DNA of 64,000 nt from an uncultured delta proteobacterium (GTDB lineage Bacteria; Desulfobacterota; Syntrophia; Syntrophales; UBA2185). Under the pieces are notes generated by a model that did no database searches, was not told where the DNA came from, and saw only the letters and a program-made list of their open reading frames with translations. Where the stretch lies: the NCBI GenBank assembly GCA_963729715.1, contig CAVSPA010000010.1, forward strand, positions 1 through 64,000, written 5' to 3'. Shown piece after piece: positions 49,327-59,645 of this stretch; within the stretch, counting starts at the first letter, position 1, and every line of letters starts with the position of its first letter. The position numbers were made by a program, and so were the translations under genes.

Positions 49327-50264
49327 GACTGACCTCCCGCGCCTCGCAGAAGATTTATGGTTTCGGTGATGTTCTTTTCTATGGAACCGGTAAAGACAAA
49401 GCCAAGATCATGGAAACGCCGGCTTGAGACTTCATAGGACAACTGATTCATGATTTCCTCATCAACATACTGAATATTGATTTTACCGGTATACGGCCGA
49501 ATGCAAGAAATGACATCGTTTACGGTCATGTTTTCCGTGACGATGTTATAGACTCGACTGTCGAAACGCCGTTTGTCAAGAATGAAAAAGAGGGCGGCAA
49601 CAGCGTCGTTGATGGCCAGATACGGACGTTTCTGGTGCAGGGCCGTCCGCCAGACGGTGAGGGGCTGTCCCAGAACGGCCTGCCAGCAAAACTTGTTGAC
49701 GGCCGTGTGAAAACGCATCCCCGGCGATATTCCAACGATCGTACCAAAGCGACAGGTAACGAAACGCAGGCCTCTTTTCGCTGCCATTTCCTGTAGGAGA
49801 CGTTCTTCCATAAGCTTTGTCTCCGCATAGGGGCTCTGCGGCTTCAGGTCTTCCTCAGGACAATCCTCGTCCACCGTTGATCTTTGAGTTCCATAGACGC
49901 TTGTAGAGGAGAGGTGAATCATGGGGATGTTCAGGAGAGCGCAACTTTCGGCCACCTTTTTGGTGGCGTTATAATTTACATGTTCGACCTTTTCTCTGAT
50001 CTTGAAGCTCCCTGTTGCGTCAGTGACGGCGGCCAGATGGATTACCGCCTCGCAACCGGTCATTACAGAAGGCAGAGCCGCCTCCAAAACGTCGCCCTCG
50101 ATAAAACGATAGATACAGTCACCGGGAAGGTTGAACAATGAGGTGTAACGCTGGGTGGATAGGTTGTCGATCATGACGACCTCTGATGATGGTAAATGGC
50201 ATGTAATCTCCCTGATCAGCCTTGATCCGATATGTCCCAAAGAGCCTGTGACGAATATCTTCAT
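49323..50264 (-). CDS. NAD-dependent epimerase/dehydratase (extended SDR)
   Basis: VTGSLGHIGS, HLAA, STSVYG, YAETK. Confidence 0.9.
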   Translation of the reverse strand: MKIFVTGSLGHIGSRLIREITCHLPSSEVVMIDNLSTQRYTSLFNLPGDCIYRFIEGDVLEAALPSVMTGCEAVIHLAAVTDATGSFKIREKVEHVNYNATKKVAESCALLNIPMIHLSSTSVYGTQRSTVDEDCPEEDLKPQSPYAETKLMEERLLQEMAAKRGLRFVTCRFGTIVGISPGMRFHTAVNKFCWQAVLGQPLTVWRTALHQKRPYLAINDAVAALFFILDKRRFDSRVYNIVTENMTVNDVISCIRPYTGKINIQYVDEEIMNQLSYEVSSRRFHDLGFVFTGSIEKNITETINLLRGAGGQS

Positions 50265-50268
50265 GATA

Positions 50269-51279
50269 TCACCTTAAATATTTATCAAGACATGTTTCAT
50301 AATACCCTTTTGTCAGTAAAAGGCCAGTTTTCAGATCCGTCATGGGTTTCCAGTTGACAAGGGGTTTGATCTTTTTATTGCTGATAATGGCGTCGCCGAT
50401 CTCCATGGGTTTTCTGTCTTTCGGCCACTCGACTAATTTGACCTTGCCTGAGCCTATATACCTTACTGTGGCCTTCGCGATCTCGCAAACGCTATGGTGC
50501 TCATCGCCGACAGCGAAGAGCGTTTCGGTATTTGTCTTTTCAGTCTGTGATGAAAGGATTAAAGCTGAAACCACGTCACTGACAAAAATGGAGTTTCTTT
50601 TTTGTGCACCGTCGCCGAAAACAGTGATCGTTTTATTCTGCAGAGCCAGTCCTATAAAGTAATTGTTGAAAGTGAAATCGGCGCTGTGGATGCTTGCACG
50701 GGGGCCATAGGTGTTGGATATGCGGATGACCGTTGCTCTCAAACCGTACAAGTTCGCATAGATCAGGACATATTTTTCAGCGACGGTTTTGTTGGCCGAA
50801 TAGATGTCCGTCGGAAATTCCGCGTGATTCTCATCGGCGGGCTGGTAGTGGAGCCTTCCCAACTGTGTGCTGGTTCCGAGATGGATAAATTTCGCTTCCC
50901 GGTTAAAACGTCGGATGGCCTCCAGCAGATTGATAACAGCACGGCTGTTCACGTCCAGATTGATCCAAGGTTCGCGGATGGAAAAGCTATGAGAGGTGGA
51001 GGCAGCGCAGTTGAAGATAACATCCTTTTCAAATATATGTTCAGACAGCCGATCCATGTTCAAAATATCATAGTGACAAAGTTGAACAAAATCTCTGATC
51101 TTATGAATATTAAAAAGATTTCCTCCTGAGCTTGGATCCATGCAATCATAAATGGTGACCTCGGCGCCTAAGTCCAGGCATTTGTGGGCGAGATTGCTGC
51201 CGATAAATCCGAGCCCACCGGTGATCAGAATCCTCTGGCCTCTCAAGGACGGAAGTTTAATTTCGTTGTATTGTTTCAT
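50269..51279 (-). CDS. NAD-dependent epimerase/dehydratase (extended SDR)
   Basis: ITGGLGFIGS, YSANK, NTYGP, FGDGAQKR. Confidence 0.9.
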   Translation of the reverse strand: MKQYNEIKLPSLRGQRILITGGLGFIGSNLAHKCLDLGAEVTIYDCMDPSSGGNLFNIHKIRDFVQLCHYDILNMDRLSEHIFEKDVIFNCAASTSHSFSIREPWINLDVNSRAVINLLEAIRRFNREAKFIHLGTSTQLGRLHYQPADENHAEFPTDIYSANKTVAEKYVLIYANLYGLRATVIRISNTYGPRASIHSADFTFNNYFIGLALQNKTITVFGDGAQKRNSIFVSDVVSALILSSQTEKTNTETLFAVGDEHHSVCEIAKATVRYIGSGKVKLVEWPKDRKPMEIGDAIISNKKIKPLVNWKPMTDLKTGLLLTKGYYETCLDKYLR

Positions 51280-51291
51280 CTTTCCTCTCCC

Positions 51292-52404
51292 TTATTTCTT
51301 GAATATACTTCTGACACCCTCGCATACCCGGTCGATCTGTGATTCCGTCATGATGAGCGCGCCGGGAAGATTAATGCCACGGTCACAGATGTTATAGGCT
51401 ACGGGGTTTCGAGGGCGATAAATCGCCTCCTGTCCGGGGTATGCGGGAAGGGACGACAGCGGGTAGAAGAAGGGGCGCGTGGGCAGGCCTAGTTCCTGAA
51501 GCATTTCCATGGCTTTGACCTTATTCAGTTTATGGCTTTCCCCGATCAGGAGCCCGGTGATCCAGGCACTGTTGAATCCCCCTTCTGGTTCAGCGTTGAA
51601 TTGAATATCTGCGATGTCAGAGAGACGCTCTTTGTAGCTTTCAAATATCCAGCGTTTTTTTGCAATCAATTCGTCGAGGCGCTGGAACTGAGCGTATCCC
51701 ATGGCTGCCTGAAGATTGAAGGGCATGTACTTGTAAGTCACTTCGTAATTGAAATAGGCCGGGCCGTCGGGTCGGCGTCCGTGGTCCCTCAGGAAGCGAC
51801 ACCGTTCATTGAGCTTTTCATCGTCAAGAATCAGCATGCCCCCTTCACCGGTCACAAGGGTTTTTGTTCGGTGAAAACTGAATACAGAGCCAATCCCAAA
51901 TTTACCCGCCCGTATTCCCTTATACGTTGAGCCTAGAGCTTCCGCAGCATCTTCAATAAGCGGAATTCCATTTTCATCGGCTATACTAATAAGTTCATCC
52001 ATAAGAGGCATATTCCCAAAAAGGTCAACAGGAATAATGGCTTTTGTCTTTGACGTGATATTCCTTTTCACGGAATCGTGATCAAGGCACCAATGGACAG
52101 GGTCGATGTCACAAAAAACGGGTGTCGCTCTAAGATAGGTCACCGGCGAGGCAGTTGCAATCCATGTACATTCCGGGATTAGCACCTCATCTCCATCGCT
52201 TATGCCTAGAGCTGTCAATAACAGGTGGATTGCTGTGGTACAATTTGGTGTCATAATTCCATATTTGCGATTGTGGTACGCAGCAAATTCCCGTTGAAAA
52301 GCTTCTACATAATCGTAATTGTACCAGCCGTTTCTCATGCAATCTTCAACGACCTTGATTTCGTGCTCAGTGATCCAAGGGCCAGCCATATAGATTTGTT
52401 CCAT
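51292..52404 (-). CDS. DegT/DnrJ/EryC1/StrS PLP aminotransferase (perosamine-synthase-like)
   Basis: IEDAAEALG, SFHRTKTLVTGEGGM, RGINLP. Confidence 0.92.
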   Translation of the reverse strand: MEQIYMAGPWITEHEIKVVEDCMRNGWYNYDYVEAFQREFAAYHNRKYGIMTPNCTTAIHLLLTALGISDGDEVLIPECTWIATASPVTYLRATPVFCDIDPVHWCLDHDSVKRNITSKTKAIIPVDLFGNMPLMDELISIADENGIPLIEDAAEALGSTYKGIRAGKFGIGSVFSFHRTKTLVTGEGGMLILDDEKLNERCRFLRDHGRRPDGPAYFNYEVTYKYMPFNLQAAMGYAQFQRLDELIAKKRWIFESYKERLSDIADIQFNAEPEGGFNSAWITGLLIGESHKLNKVKAMEMLQELGLPTRPFFYPLSSLPAYPGQEAIYRPRNPVAYNICDRGINLPGALIMTESQIDRVCEGVRSIFKK

Positions 52405-52408
52405 ATCT

Positions 52409-52999
52409 TTATCCTATATTTGAATTATTTTCGTTGAAGATCAGCTTCAAGAGACCAGCAATTGATACAGCATCTGTTATCAATCCGTCATTTATCAATT
52501 CTAAAGCAAACTGTAAGGGGATCCTTTTTAGGATAATATGTTCTGTTTCTTCTAATTCCATTTTTCCATGGAGTAGCTCTTTTGCTAAAAAAACAAAGAC
52601 TTCCTCATCGGTAATAGAATTACAAGTATACATATGAAGGATAAGTTGCCATTTGTTAGCAGTTAAACCTGTTTCTTCTTTAAGCTCTCTTTTGGCAGCT
52701 CCCCAAACATCTTCATTTGTTGAGGCACCTCCTCCTGGTATTTCCCAAGAACATTGGTCTATAGGATACCGATATTGACCAACAAGCCAAAGATGTTTAT
52801 CTTGTTCAAGTGCGATAATTCCGACTGTCCTTTTCTTAAACTTAATCTTGGCATATAAACTCTTTATTCCCCGTGGACTAATAACCTTATCTTCTTGAAG
52901 AATGATCCATTCATTCTCATAAATATCCTTTGAGGTTAAAGTCTTCCAAGGATTAACAATTTCTGTCTCATGAATAGATGTCAATTCAGGTTTCCTCAT
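52409..52999 (-). CDS. Nudix hydrolase (ADP-ribose/NDP-sugar pyrophosphatase-like)
   Basis: QYRYP, Nudix box PGGG..AAKRELKEETG. Confidence 0.9.
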   Translation of the reverse strand: MRKPELTSIHETEIVNPWKTLTSKDIYENEWIILQEDKVISPRGIKSLYAKIKFKKRTVGIIALEQDKHLWLVGQYRYPIDQCSWEIPGGGASTNEDVWGAAKRELKEETGLTANKWQLILHMYTCNSITDEEVFVFLAKELLHGKMELEETEHIILKRIPLQFALELINDGLITDAVSIAGLLKLIFNENNSNIG

Positions 53000-53058
53000 C
53001 CTATAATTAGACCTTCTTTCACAGCTGTGTTATCAAAAATATCTTTCTTGCCTGTCTA

Positions 53059-53727
53059 TCAGCTTCTATTTGTTTTTGCAGGGACACCCACAACCGTTAC
53101 ACCTGCGGGTGTATCTTGAGTGACAACCGCACCCGCACCTACTATAGAATCATCCCCAATATGTATACGCGGCAGAACTGTTGCACCAGCGCCTATCCAT
53201 ACATTAATCCCCAAAATGACAAGGCCACATAAAGTAGCGCCAGGGGAAATTTCTACCCCATCTGATAATATGCATTCATGGTCAATAGATGCCTTTGTAT
53301 TTATTATGCATTGCTTCCCAATTTTCGCTTCAGGATTAACAATTGAACCCGCCATAAACTGGCAACCTTTTCCAACGGTGGCATTTATTGCAATTTGGGC
53401 GCTATGATGCGCTATTGTAACTGGCAATAATCCTGCAGCAACCATCAGTTCATGATACTTCATTCGTACACGCCCATGGGGGTTGCCAATAGCAACGCAA
53501 AATCCAATTTCATTACGACGAGACTGCGATCGAAGCCATTCATGGAAACCATCTAATCCAAAATACAAAGGCACATCGGAAAAGGGGGAGGGAAGATTCG
53601 GCGTATCATCGAAAACAGCCACTACCTTGGAACCGTAGCTCTCAATAATCGGTCGTAAAACTTTTGCCTGACCAGTGCCACCCCAAAGAATTGTTATTGG
53701 TGGCAATCTATTTAAGTGATCATTCAT
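53059..53727 (-). CDS. Hexapeptide-repeat N-acetyltransferase (PglD/NeuD/PerB family)
   Basis: VAIGNP..R, IINTKASIDHEC, IVGAGAVV, VGVPAK. Confidence 0.92.
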   Translation of the reverse strand: MNDHLNRLPPITILWGGTGQAKVLRPIIESYGSKVVAVFDDTPNLPSPFSDVPLYFGLDGFHEWLRSQSRRNEIGFCVAIGNPHGRVRMKYHELMVAAGLLPVTIAHHSAQIAINATVGKGCQFMAGSIVNPEAKIGKQCIINTKASIDHECILSDGVEISPGATLCGLVILGINVWIGAGATVLPRIHIGDDSIVGAGAVVTQDTPAGVTVVGVPAKTNRS

Positions 53728-53769
53728 TTTGGCGATATTCTTCCTGTAGAAAATGTAATTTAAAGCGGA

Positions 53770-54231
53770 TTACTTAATCGAAGGACCTTTAATCCAGTCA
53801 TATCCAAGTTCCGTGTCATCATGAGGAATCCTACCCTCATCTTCTGGATTGTACACGTTGGATGTTACGTAAAACAGGTGTGCCGGCCCGCTAATACATT
53901 TACAGCCGTGAGCTACGCCAGGCGGAATGCGCAGAACTCCTGCCGTCTGGTTTTCACCCATGAAAAGTTCCATCGTTTCTTTATAGTTTAAAGAGTCAGG
54001 ACGTGCGTCATGTAAGGCTACTTTCAAAACACCTCCCGCTACATACCACCAGTCCACTTGCTTTTGATGAATATGCCAAGCCTTCACGACGCCTGCGTAC
54101 ATCAAAGAGTGGCTCCATTGACCAAATCCCTCGGCAAAAAATTCATCCGTTACACGTATGATTTCACAAAAAAACCCACGTTCGTCAGCGTGTGTTACCA
54201 AATTCTTGAACATAACACCGTCAATCATCAT
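53770..54231 (-). CDS. dTDP-4-dehydrorhamnose 3,5-epimerase family (RmlC-like cupin)
   Basis: [27 protein letters not shown]. Confidence 0.88.
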   Translation of the reverse strand: MMIDGVMFKNLVTHADERGFFCEIIRVTDEFFAEGFGQWSHSLMYAGVVKAWHIHQKQVDWWYVAGGVLKVALHDARPDSLNYKETMELFMGENQTAGVLRIPPGVAHGCKCISGPAHLFYVTSNVYNPEDEGRIPHDDTELGYDWIKGPSIK

Positions 54232-55330
54232 TTTTCTCCAAAAACTTTCGGATTGCCGTTACTATAGTGTGAAGCTCTGCCTCTGTCAGCTCTGGATATA
54301 TGGGCATGGAGAGGATCTCGTCAGCCGCTTTTTCTGTCTCTTCCATGCCGTCTCCGCAGCGAATGCGCCCTCGGTAGGCCGGTTGCAGGTGGACGGGAAT
54401 TGGATAGTGGATCAGGGCACCAATGCCCCGCTTCTTCAGAAAAGTTAAGAGGGCATCTCTTCTCCGTGAACGTACCACATAGAGATGATAAACATGGCTG
54501 GCATCCTGTCTGCAGTTCGGGATGCTTATGCCTGTTCCTCTAATATTGTCATCATATAATTTAGCGATGTCAGTCCTCTTGGTATTGTCACCATCCAAAT
54601 AGCGAAGTTTTACCCGTAATATGGCTGCCTGTAGTTCGTCAAGGCGGGAGTTCCATCCGCGTGCATGGCTGATATAGCGCTCAGCCCATCCATATTCACG
54701 TAACAAGCGTGCCCTTTGGGCCAGTTCATCATTGGATGTTACGACTATACCGCCATCCCCTAATCCCCCCAAATTCTTTGTGGGATAGAAACTGAAGCAG
54801 GCCATATCGCCAAATGAACCAACATGCTTGTTTCTGTAAGTTGCACCAGTCGCTTGAGCACAGTCTTCAATCATGCGTAATCCATGTTTTTGTGCAATCT
54901 CGAGGATAGGTAGTAGGTTTGCGGATTGGCCATAGAGATGAACGGGAATAACGGCCTTTGTTCTAGGTGTAATCATTTTTTCCAACTTCGCCGGATCTAG
55001 CGTGTAATACTGCGGCTCAATATCAATAAATACTGGGATAGCGCCTGTTAATTCAATAGCTGCGACTGTGGCCACGGCAGTGTGGGAAACGGTTATTACT
55101 TCATCACCATGTCCGATATCACATGCCGCGAGAGCAAGGTGAATAGCTTCCGTACCGCTCCCTACGCCTATGCCGTGAGACAAACCGATATAGGTGGCAA
55201 ACTCGTATTCAAAGGCTTTAACCTCCTCACCCAGAATATACCATCCTTTATCCAAAACCCGATGAATGGCTTCGTCTAATTCAGGCTTGTGTGCCAAATA
55301 TTGGGCGTGAGGGTTACTGCAGAGGATCAT
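54221..55330 (-). CDS. DegT/DnrJ/EryC1/StrS PLP aminotransferase (FdtB/EryC1-like)
   Basis: [32 protein letters not shown]; start ATG 55330 overlaps the upstream stop. Confidence 0.93.
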   Translation of the reverse strand: MILCSNPHAQYLAHKPELDEAIHRVLDKGWYILGEEVKAFEYEFATYIGLSHGIGVGSGTEAIHLALAACDIGHGDEVITVSHTAVATVAAIELTGAIPVFIDIEPQYYTLDPAKLEKMITPRTKAVIPVHLYGQSANLLPILEIAQKHGLRMIEDCAQATGATYRNKHVGSFGDMACFSFYPTKNLGGLGDGGIVVTSNDELAQRARLLREYGWAERYISHARGWNSRLDELQAAILRVKLRYLDGDNTKRTDIAKLYDDNIRGTGISIPNCRQDASHVYHLYVVRSRRRDALLTFLKKRGIGALIHYPIPVHLQPAYRGRIRCGDGMEETEKAADEILSMPIYPELTEAELHTIVTAIRKFLEKNDD

Positions 55331-56550
55331 CCGATTATTTGCACCTTCGGTACATAGACTATCCATTTACCACCCCTACCAAAGAAAGGCCTTTCTTTTG
55401 CCATAATCTCGTCAGCATGATTCCAACCGAAGAGTAATGCATAATCGGGGTAGTCTGTTTTGAATTCTTCATAAGGTCGAACAGGAATGTGAGCACCCGG
55501 ACTGTATTTTCCTTGCTTGAGGGGTGTTGTATCACTTATATATTCCAGAAGGTCCGTGGTTATACTACAGTAGTTTGTAACGGTCGTACTTTTCGAAGTT
55601 GCAGCGTAACCGACCACACGTCTGTTTTCATTTTTGAGATTCAATAGAAGCTGTTTTAATTGATCCCTGGACTTTTCCACAGATTTCCGGAACAGCTCAT
55701 AGGTTTCTCGTTGATGTAATCCCAACGCACGTTCTTTGTCGATTTGTGTCATTACGAAAGAAGACGGCGTATGAATACCTTTATGGGAAATATAGTATCT
55801 CATGGAGCCGCCATGAACGTTGTGTGGTTCAGTGTGAATAACTTCGAGATCGTACTGAGAGAATAAAAGGTGTATTGACTGGAGTGAAAAATAGAATGCA
55901 TGCTCGTCATAGATCTGGTCATAGGCGGTTTTTTCCAGAATATCCCCGAGGTAAGGATCTTCGAAGATAAATATGCCGCCGGGTTTCAAAAGAAGTTTAA
56001 TCCCTTTTGCCACGGAGTGAAGATAGGGGATATGACACATGACATTGGCGGCAATGATTGCGTCGGCGTGCCCGCTCTCCGATACAATGTGCCGGGCAAT
56101 ATTTTCATCAAAAAATGCACAGATGGATTTGACCCCCTTTCTAATAGCAGCTTCCGCTACATTAGCTGATGGCTCTATGCCAAGATGGCGTATGTTTCGC
56201 TTGGCAAAGTTTTCAAGAAGGATGCCATCGTTGCTCCCGATTTCGACGACAAAGGGGTCACAAACTCCTGCCAGAAAATTCTGCATGACCTTTTCGGCAA
56301 ACATTCCAAAGTGACGTGCCATAAACAAAGAAGTTGACGAAAAGAAAGCGTATTGCTCATGAAACATTTTTTCGCGGTCGACGAATTCTAGCAATTGGAC
56401 CATTTTGCATTCAGGACAGAAACCAACAATAAGGTTATAAAAATATTCTTGATAAAATTGATCCGGCATAAGAAATCCATTGGCGATCGGCATTTTACCA
56501 AAGGAAATGAAAGGTTCAATTTCGTGGGCACATATCTGGCATTGATACAT
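55327..56550 (-). CDS. NDP-hexose C-methyltransferase (zinc-binding; TylC3/NovU/TcaB9 family)
   Basis: CQIC..CPEC Zn site, [36 protein letters not shown]. Confidence 0.92.
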   Translation of the reverse strand: MYQCQICAHEIEPFISFGKMPIANGFLMPDQFYQEYFYNLIVGFCPECKMVQLLEFVDREKMFHEQYAFFSSTSLFMARHFGMFAEKVMQNFLAGVCDPFVVEIGSNDGILLENFAKRNIRHLGIEPSANVAEAAIRKGVKSICAFFDENIARHIVSESGHADAIIAANVMCHIPYLHSVAKGIKLLLKPGGIFIFEDPYLGDILEKTAYDQIYDEHAFYFSLQSIHLLFSQYDLEVIHTEPHNVHGGSMRYYISHKGIHTPSSFVMTQIDKERALGLHQRETYELFRKSVEKSRDQLKQLLLNLKNENRRVVGYAATSKSTTVTNYCSITTDLLEYISDTTPLKQGKYSPGAHIPVRPYEEFKTDYPDYALLFGWNHADEIMAKERPFFGRGGKWIVYVPKVQIIG

Positions 56551-58906
56551 AAATGCTTCCTTGATTATTAATGGTATTTAATGATAATTCTTGAGCAGTA
56601 CGATGACACTTATTATAGGCAGTTCTCAGTTCTTCCCATTCCGGATAAATAAGAAGGGCTTCGCCAAGCGCCTTTATGACATTCGTAACATAAAAATGTT
56701 CAAGATGTTTTGCATGATCATGGATATCCGACCCATAGCGCCTTCCATCCCATGTACAATAAAAGCAACCCGCATTGACCAATAGGATAGCTCTGTTGAT
56801 CTCATATCGTAGTTGTTTTTCCCAGCGCGTCCTAAAACAACGGATGATTTCATGTGTCAATTGTTCTTTTTTGTCCAAAGGAAGAGATGAGTAGTTTATC
56901 AATTCGCAATGTGAATAGGTCAAACGGCAAAATGGCAATGTAATACCTTCCTCTAACCAGGGCGGATCCATTGATAGGATCAAATCCGTGTAGTGCTCTT
57001 CGAAGGAGCGCTCGTAATTTCTTGTCAGGTTTCTTATAAAAAGAAAATCGTCAATTTGAATGATTTTTCCCATCAGAGCGACCTCGGCAAGAAAGAGAGT
57101 GTCATGTGCATAGGCGTCTTTCCTAAAGGAACGGGCCTTTCGGATGACCTCGCGTCTGAATAATCCGTACATTGCATTACACATCATCAGTTCCCAGATG
57201 ACGTGAAGAAAGCGTTCACATGGATCGTCCTGATCCGCCTTGACGGTATCATTACCGATGCCTATATATTTTGAATTGTTTTGATAGACCTTCGACTTTG
57301 AGTACACGAGGACTATGGAATCATCTTCGTTAATCTTTTCAAAGGACTTCCTTATATAAGATTTCTCCATGCGGTCGTCATAAGATCCCCACATAAAGAA
57401 AGGCGCCGACGACAATTCAACAACACGAAAGAAATTTTGGACACCGATGCAGTTGCTGTGGTCATCTGTGGGGAAGTATTTTATGCGGTGATCCAATTTT
57501 TCGTAATGGGTAGCGATTTCTTGAACAAAGGGATCACTTCCATGGTCAGAAATGATAACCTCAAAGTCCCAATAATCTTGAGATAGAATTGATTCCAGTG
57601 AATCAGCAAGCATGGTGCCGCCGCTATAAATAGGGAATCCAATACTTACCATTGGGATATGCTGACAGTGCAAATGATTTACCGGATTCGAAATAGTGAC
57701 AGGCGGCATTTCCAAATTATACCCCAATTGGTTAGCCAAAGAACCACAGGTATTATTCACAATATTTCTTATAGTGGGAGACCACATTTCCGGATTCGGA
57801 AAACGTCCATAGTTCTGAGAATTTAAACGCATTTCTAATATCTGTGCTATTTCTTTCTCACAGTACCCATCAATATTGAGGAATTCGAAAATTTCTTGGA
57901 TTTTAGATGATCCAGATTGGATGTCCTCAAAACGAACGATCAGATATCTATCATTGTTTATTTTGGATAGAAATTTAAGTATCCAATTATAAGTTTCTAC
58001 CCAAAGCCAGCAGATCTTTTCGATTTGGCTGAAAGACTTCCAAGTTAAATAGAATTCGGAAATTCTTGGAGGTTGCATTCGTATAGAATCGTCGGAACGG
58101 CCTTGATAGAAGTTTTGTTTCAGAGCGGATCGAACGAATTGATGCGGATGACGCACCAGGACGAGAAATTTGGAATGCAATAATTCTCGGGCGATAGCAT
58201 CTGCGAATGGTGTCAGCGTGGGCGTAGTTTCACCATATACGAAGCCATCTTTCAGTGCTGCGGTAATGAGAGCAAAACGCTTCTGTCTGAGGACATCAGA
58301 TTTATTCACATCACCGCTCCATGCCAGAACCGATTCTCCTTCTATCGCTGGAGTGGGATAGAAATGCATCTTAACTCTCTTGGACGAAGTCAAAATTTTC
58401 GATAGAGTATGAATTCCGCAACACCCGGTGGATAGAACAAAAAAAGATTCTGCCCGGTGTGTTTCATCAGGAACGTTTAGTGCTAAAGACGGTCTGTTTG
58501 AGTCCCGGTGGGAGAGAACACCGACCTCGTCAAGAATTTTTTTCATTTCCTCGTCCTGGGGGTTGCGCTGTACCAATTTTTTCAAAAGGGGCTCTATCGC
58601 CGACAACTGGTTTGTTGTTCTCAGCATATGTGCAAGATTAAGTGCAGCCTCCCGGTAATAAGGATCGATGGATAGCGCCTTGAGTAAGTAGTCGGTTGCC
58701 GTCTTGTTATTTCCCTCCTGGTAGACTATGACTCCTAGATTATTCAAGGCCTCTATGTTGGAGGGGTCTGTTTCGATTACTGAGAGGAAACATTGTTTTG
58801 CATCTTCGTACCTCCCTTTGCCAAAAAACTCATCAGCCCGTTCAAACAGGTTTTTTGTTCGGGCCAGGTCTTCATCCCTTACTGCATTCTTCATTTCCAT
58901 GCACAT
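56516..58906 (-). CDS. Multidomain TPR + sulfotransferase-like + GT2 protein
   Basis: N-terminal TPRs (EALNNLGVI); sulfotransferase-like LSTGCCG..LVRHP..VRS..VRFED; GT-A domain VSIGFPIY..SQDYWDFEVIISD. Confidence 0.8.
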   Translation of the reverse strand: MCMEMKNAVRDEDLARTKNLFERADEFFGKGRYEDAKQCFLSVIETDPSNIEALNNLGVIVYQEGNNKTATDYLLKALSIDPYYREAALNLAHMLRTTNQLSAIEPLLKKLVQRNPQDEEMKKILDEVGVLSHRDSNRPSLALNVPDETHRAESFFVLSTGCCGIHTLSKILTSSKRVKMHFYPTPAIEGESVLAWSGDVNKSDVLRQKRFALITAALKDGFVYGETTPTLTPFADAIARELLHSKFLVLVRHPHQFVRSALKQNFYQGRSDDSIRMQPPRISEFYLTWKSFSQIEKICWLWVETYNWILKFLSKINNDRYLIVRFEDIQSGSSKIQEIFEFLNIDGYCEKEIAQILEMRLNSQNYGRFPNPEMWSPTIRNIVNNTCGSLANQLGYNLEMPPVTISNPVNHLHCQHIPMVSIGFPIYSGGTMLADSLESILSQDYWDFEVIISDHGSDPFVQEIATHYEKLDHRIKYFPTDDHSNCIGVQNFFRVVELSSAPFFMWGSYDDRMEKSYIRKSFEKINEDDSIVLVYSKSKVYQNNSKYIGIGNDTVKADQDDPCERFLHVIWELMMCNAMYGLFRREVIRKARSFRKDAYAHDTLFLAEVALMGKIIQIDDFLFIRNLTRNYERSFEEHYTDLILSMDPPWLEEGITLPFCRLTYSHCELINYSSLPLDKKEQLTHEIIRCFRTRWEKQLRYEINRAILLVNAGCFYCTWDGRRYGSDIHDHAKHLEHFYVTNVIKALGEALLIYPEWEELRTAYNKCHRTAQELSLNTINNQGSIYVSMPDMCPRN

Positions 58907-58967
58907 ATCCTTTCATGAAGAAAGTTCTGAGCCTTTTCGTGCTAAAAAAATTGATTTCAAATTGTAC

Positions 58968-58982
58968 TCAATAGTCATGCCA
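58968..58982 (-). promoter_or_regulatory. Possible sigma-54 promoter of glycosylation operon
   Basis: Minus strand TGGCATGACTATTGA: good -24 element, -12 is GA instead of GC. Confidence 0.5.
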
Positions 58983-59610
58983 GGACTTCAAATAGGAGAC
59001 AGTACGTAGCTAGGAGATTAGCTTCTTCCCGTTCGGATAGTTGCTGCTTGTTCGTCTGCCTTGATTTGTTTTACCGGAGGGGAGAATTTACCCGATTTTC
59101 TCGATATAGCTTCGCCCCCTCAATTATAAAATGAGTCGGATAGTTTTAATTGACAAATAAACCTCATCCTATCGACAGGCCTGGTCTAAATTTTTACTGA
59201 TGATGGCCAAGAACTGAATGCATTCTTGAAAGTCAGAATTTATTTTCAATCCCTTTTCCATTGTATTTTTTTGATGGCTTCCAATCACATGCTTCGATGT
59301 AAGCCCTTGCCATATTAATAAAGCCAATTCTTTTGATTTCTTTCTGCACGAGAATTCCCTTTAATAGTAGGTGTCAATCATTCAACCTGTCGGCTTTAAG
59401 CGAAAATCATGCCGTTTTTAACCAATGACATTAGAAATGAGGCGGCAAATAATTCCTGATAAGAATTTTTGTCGGGCATTCACTACTTGCTTTGCCATTG
59501 GGAAACATTTTTCAAGCTTTTTAAAGTTATCCTTTTTGGATCATCTGACTTTGTTGTACAATGAAACAGGCATAAGTACCTGTAAAGCTTTTATAAATGC
59601 TCTTTGAAAA

Positions 59611-59639
59611 TTGACACGTTTTCTAATCTCGGATAGAGT
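59611..59639 (+). promoter_or_regulatory. Sigma-70-type promoter of the transposase
   Basis: TTGACA-N17-TAGAGT, ending 7 nt before ATG 59646. Confidence 0.6.
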
Positions 59640-59645
59640 AGTTAA

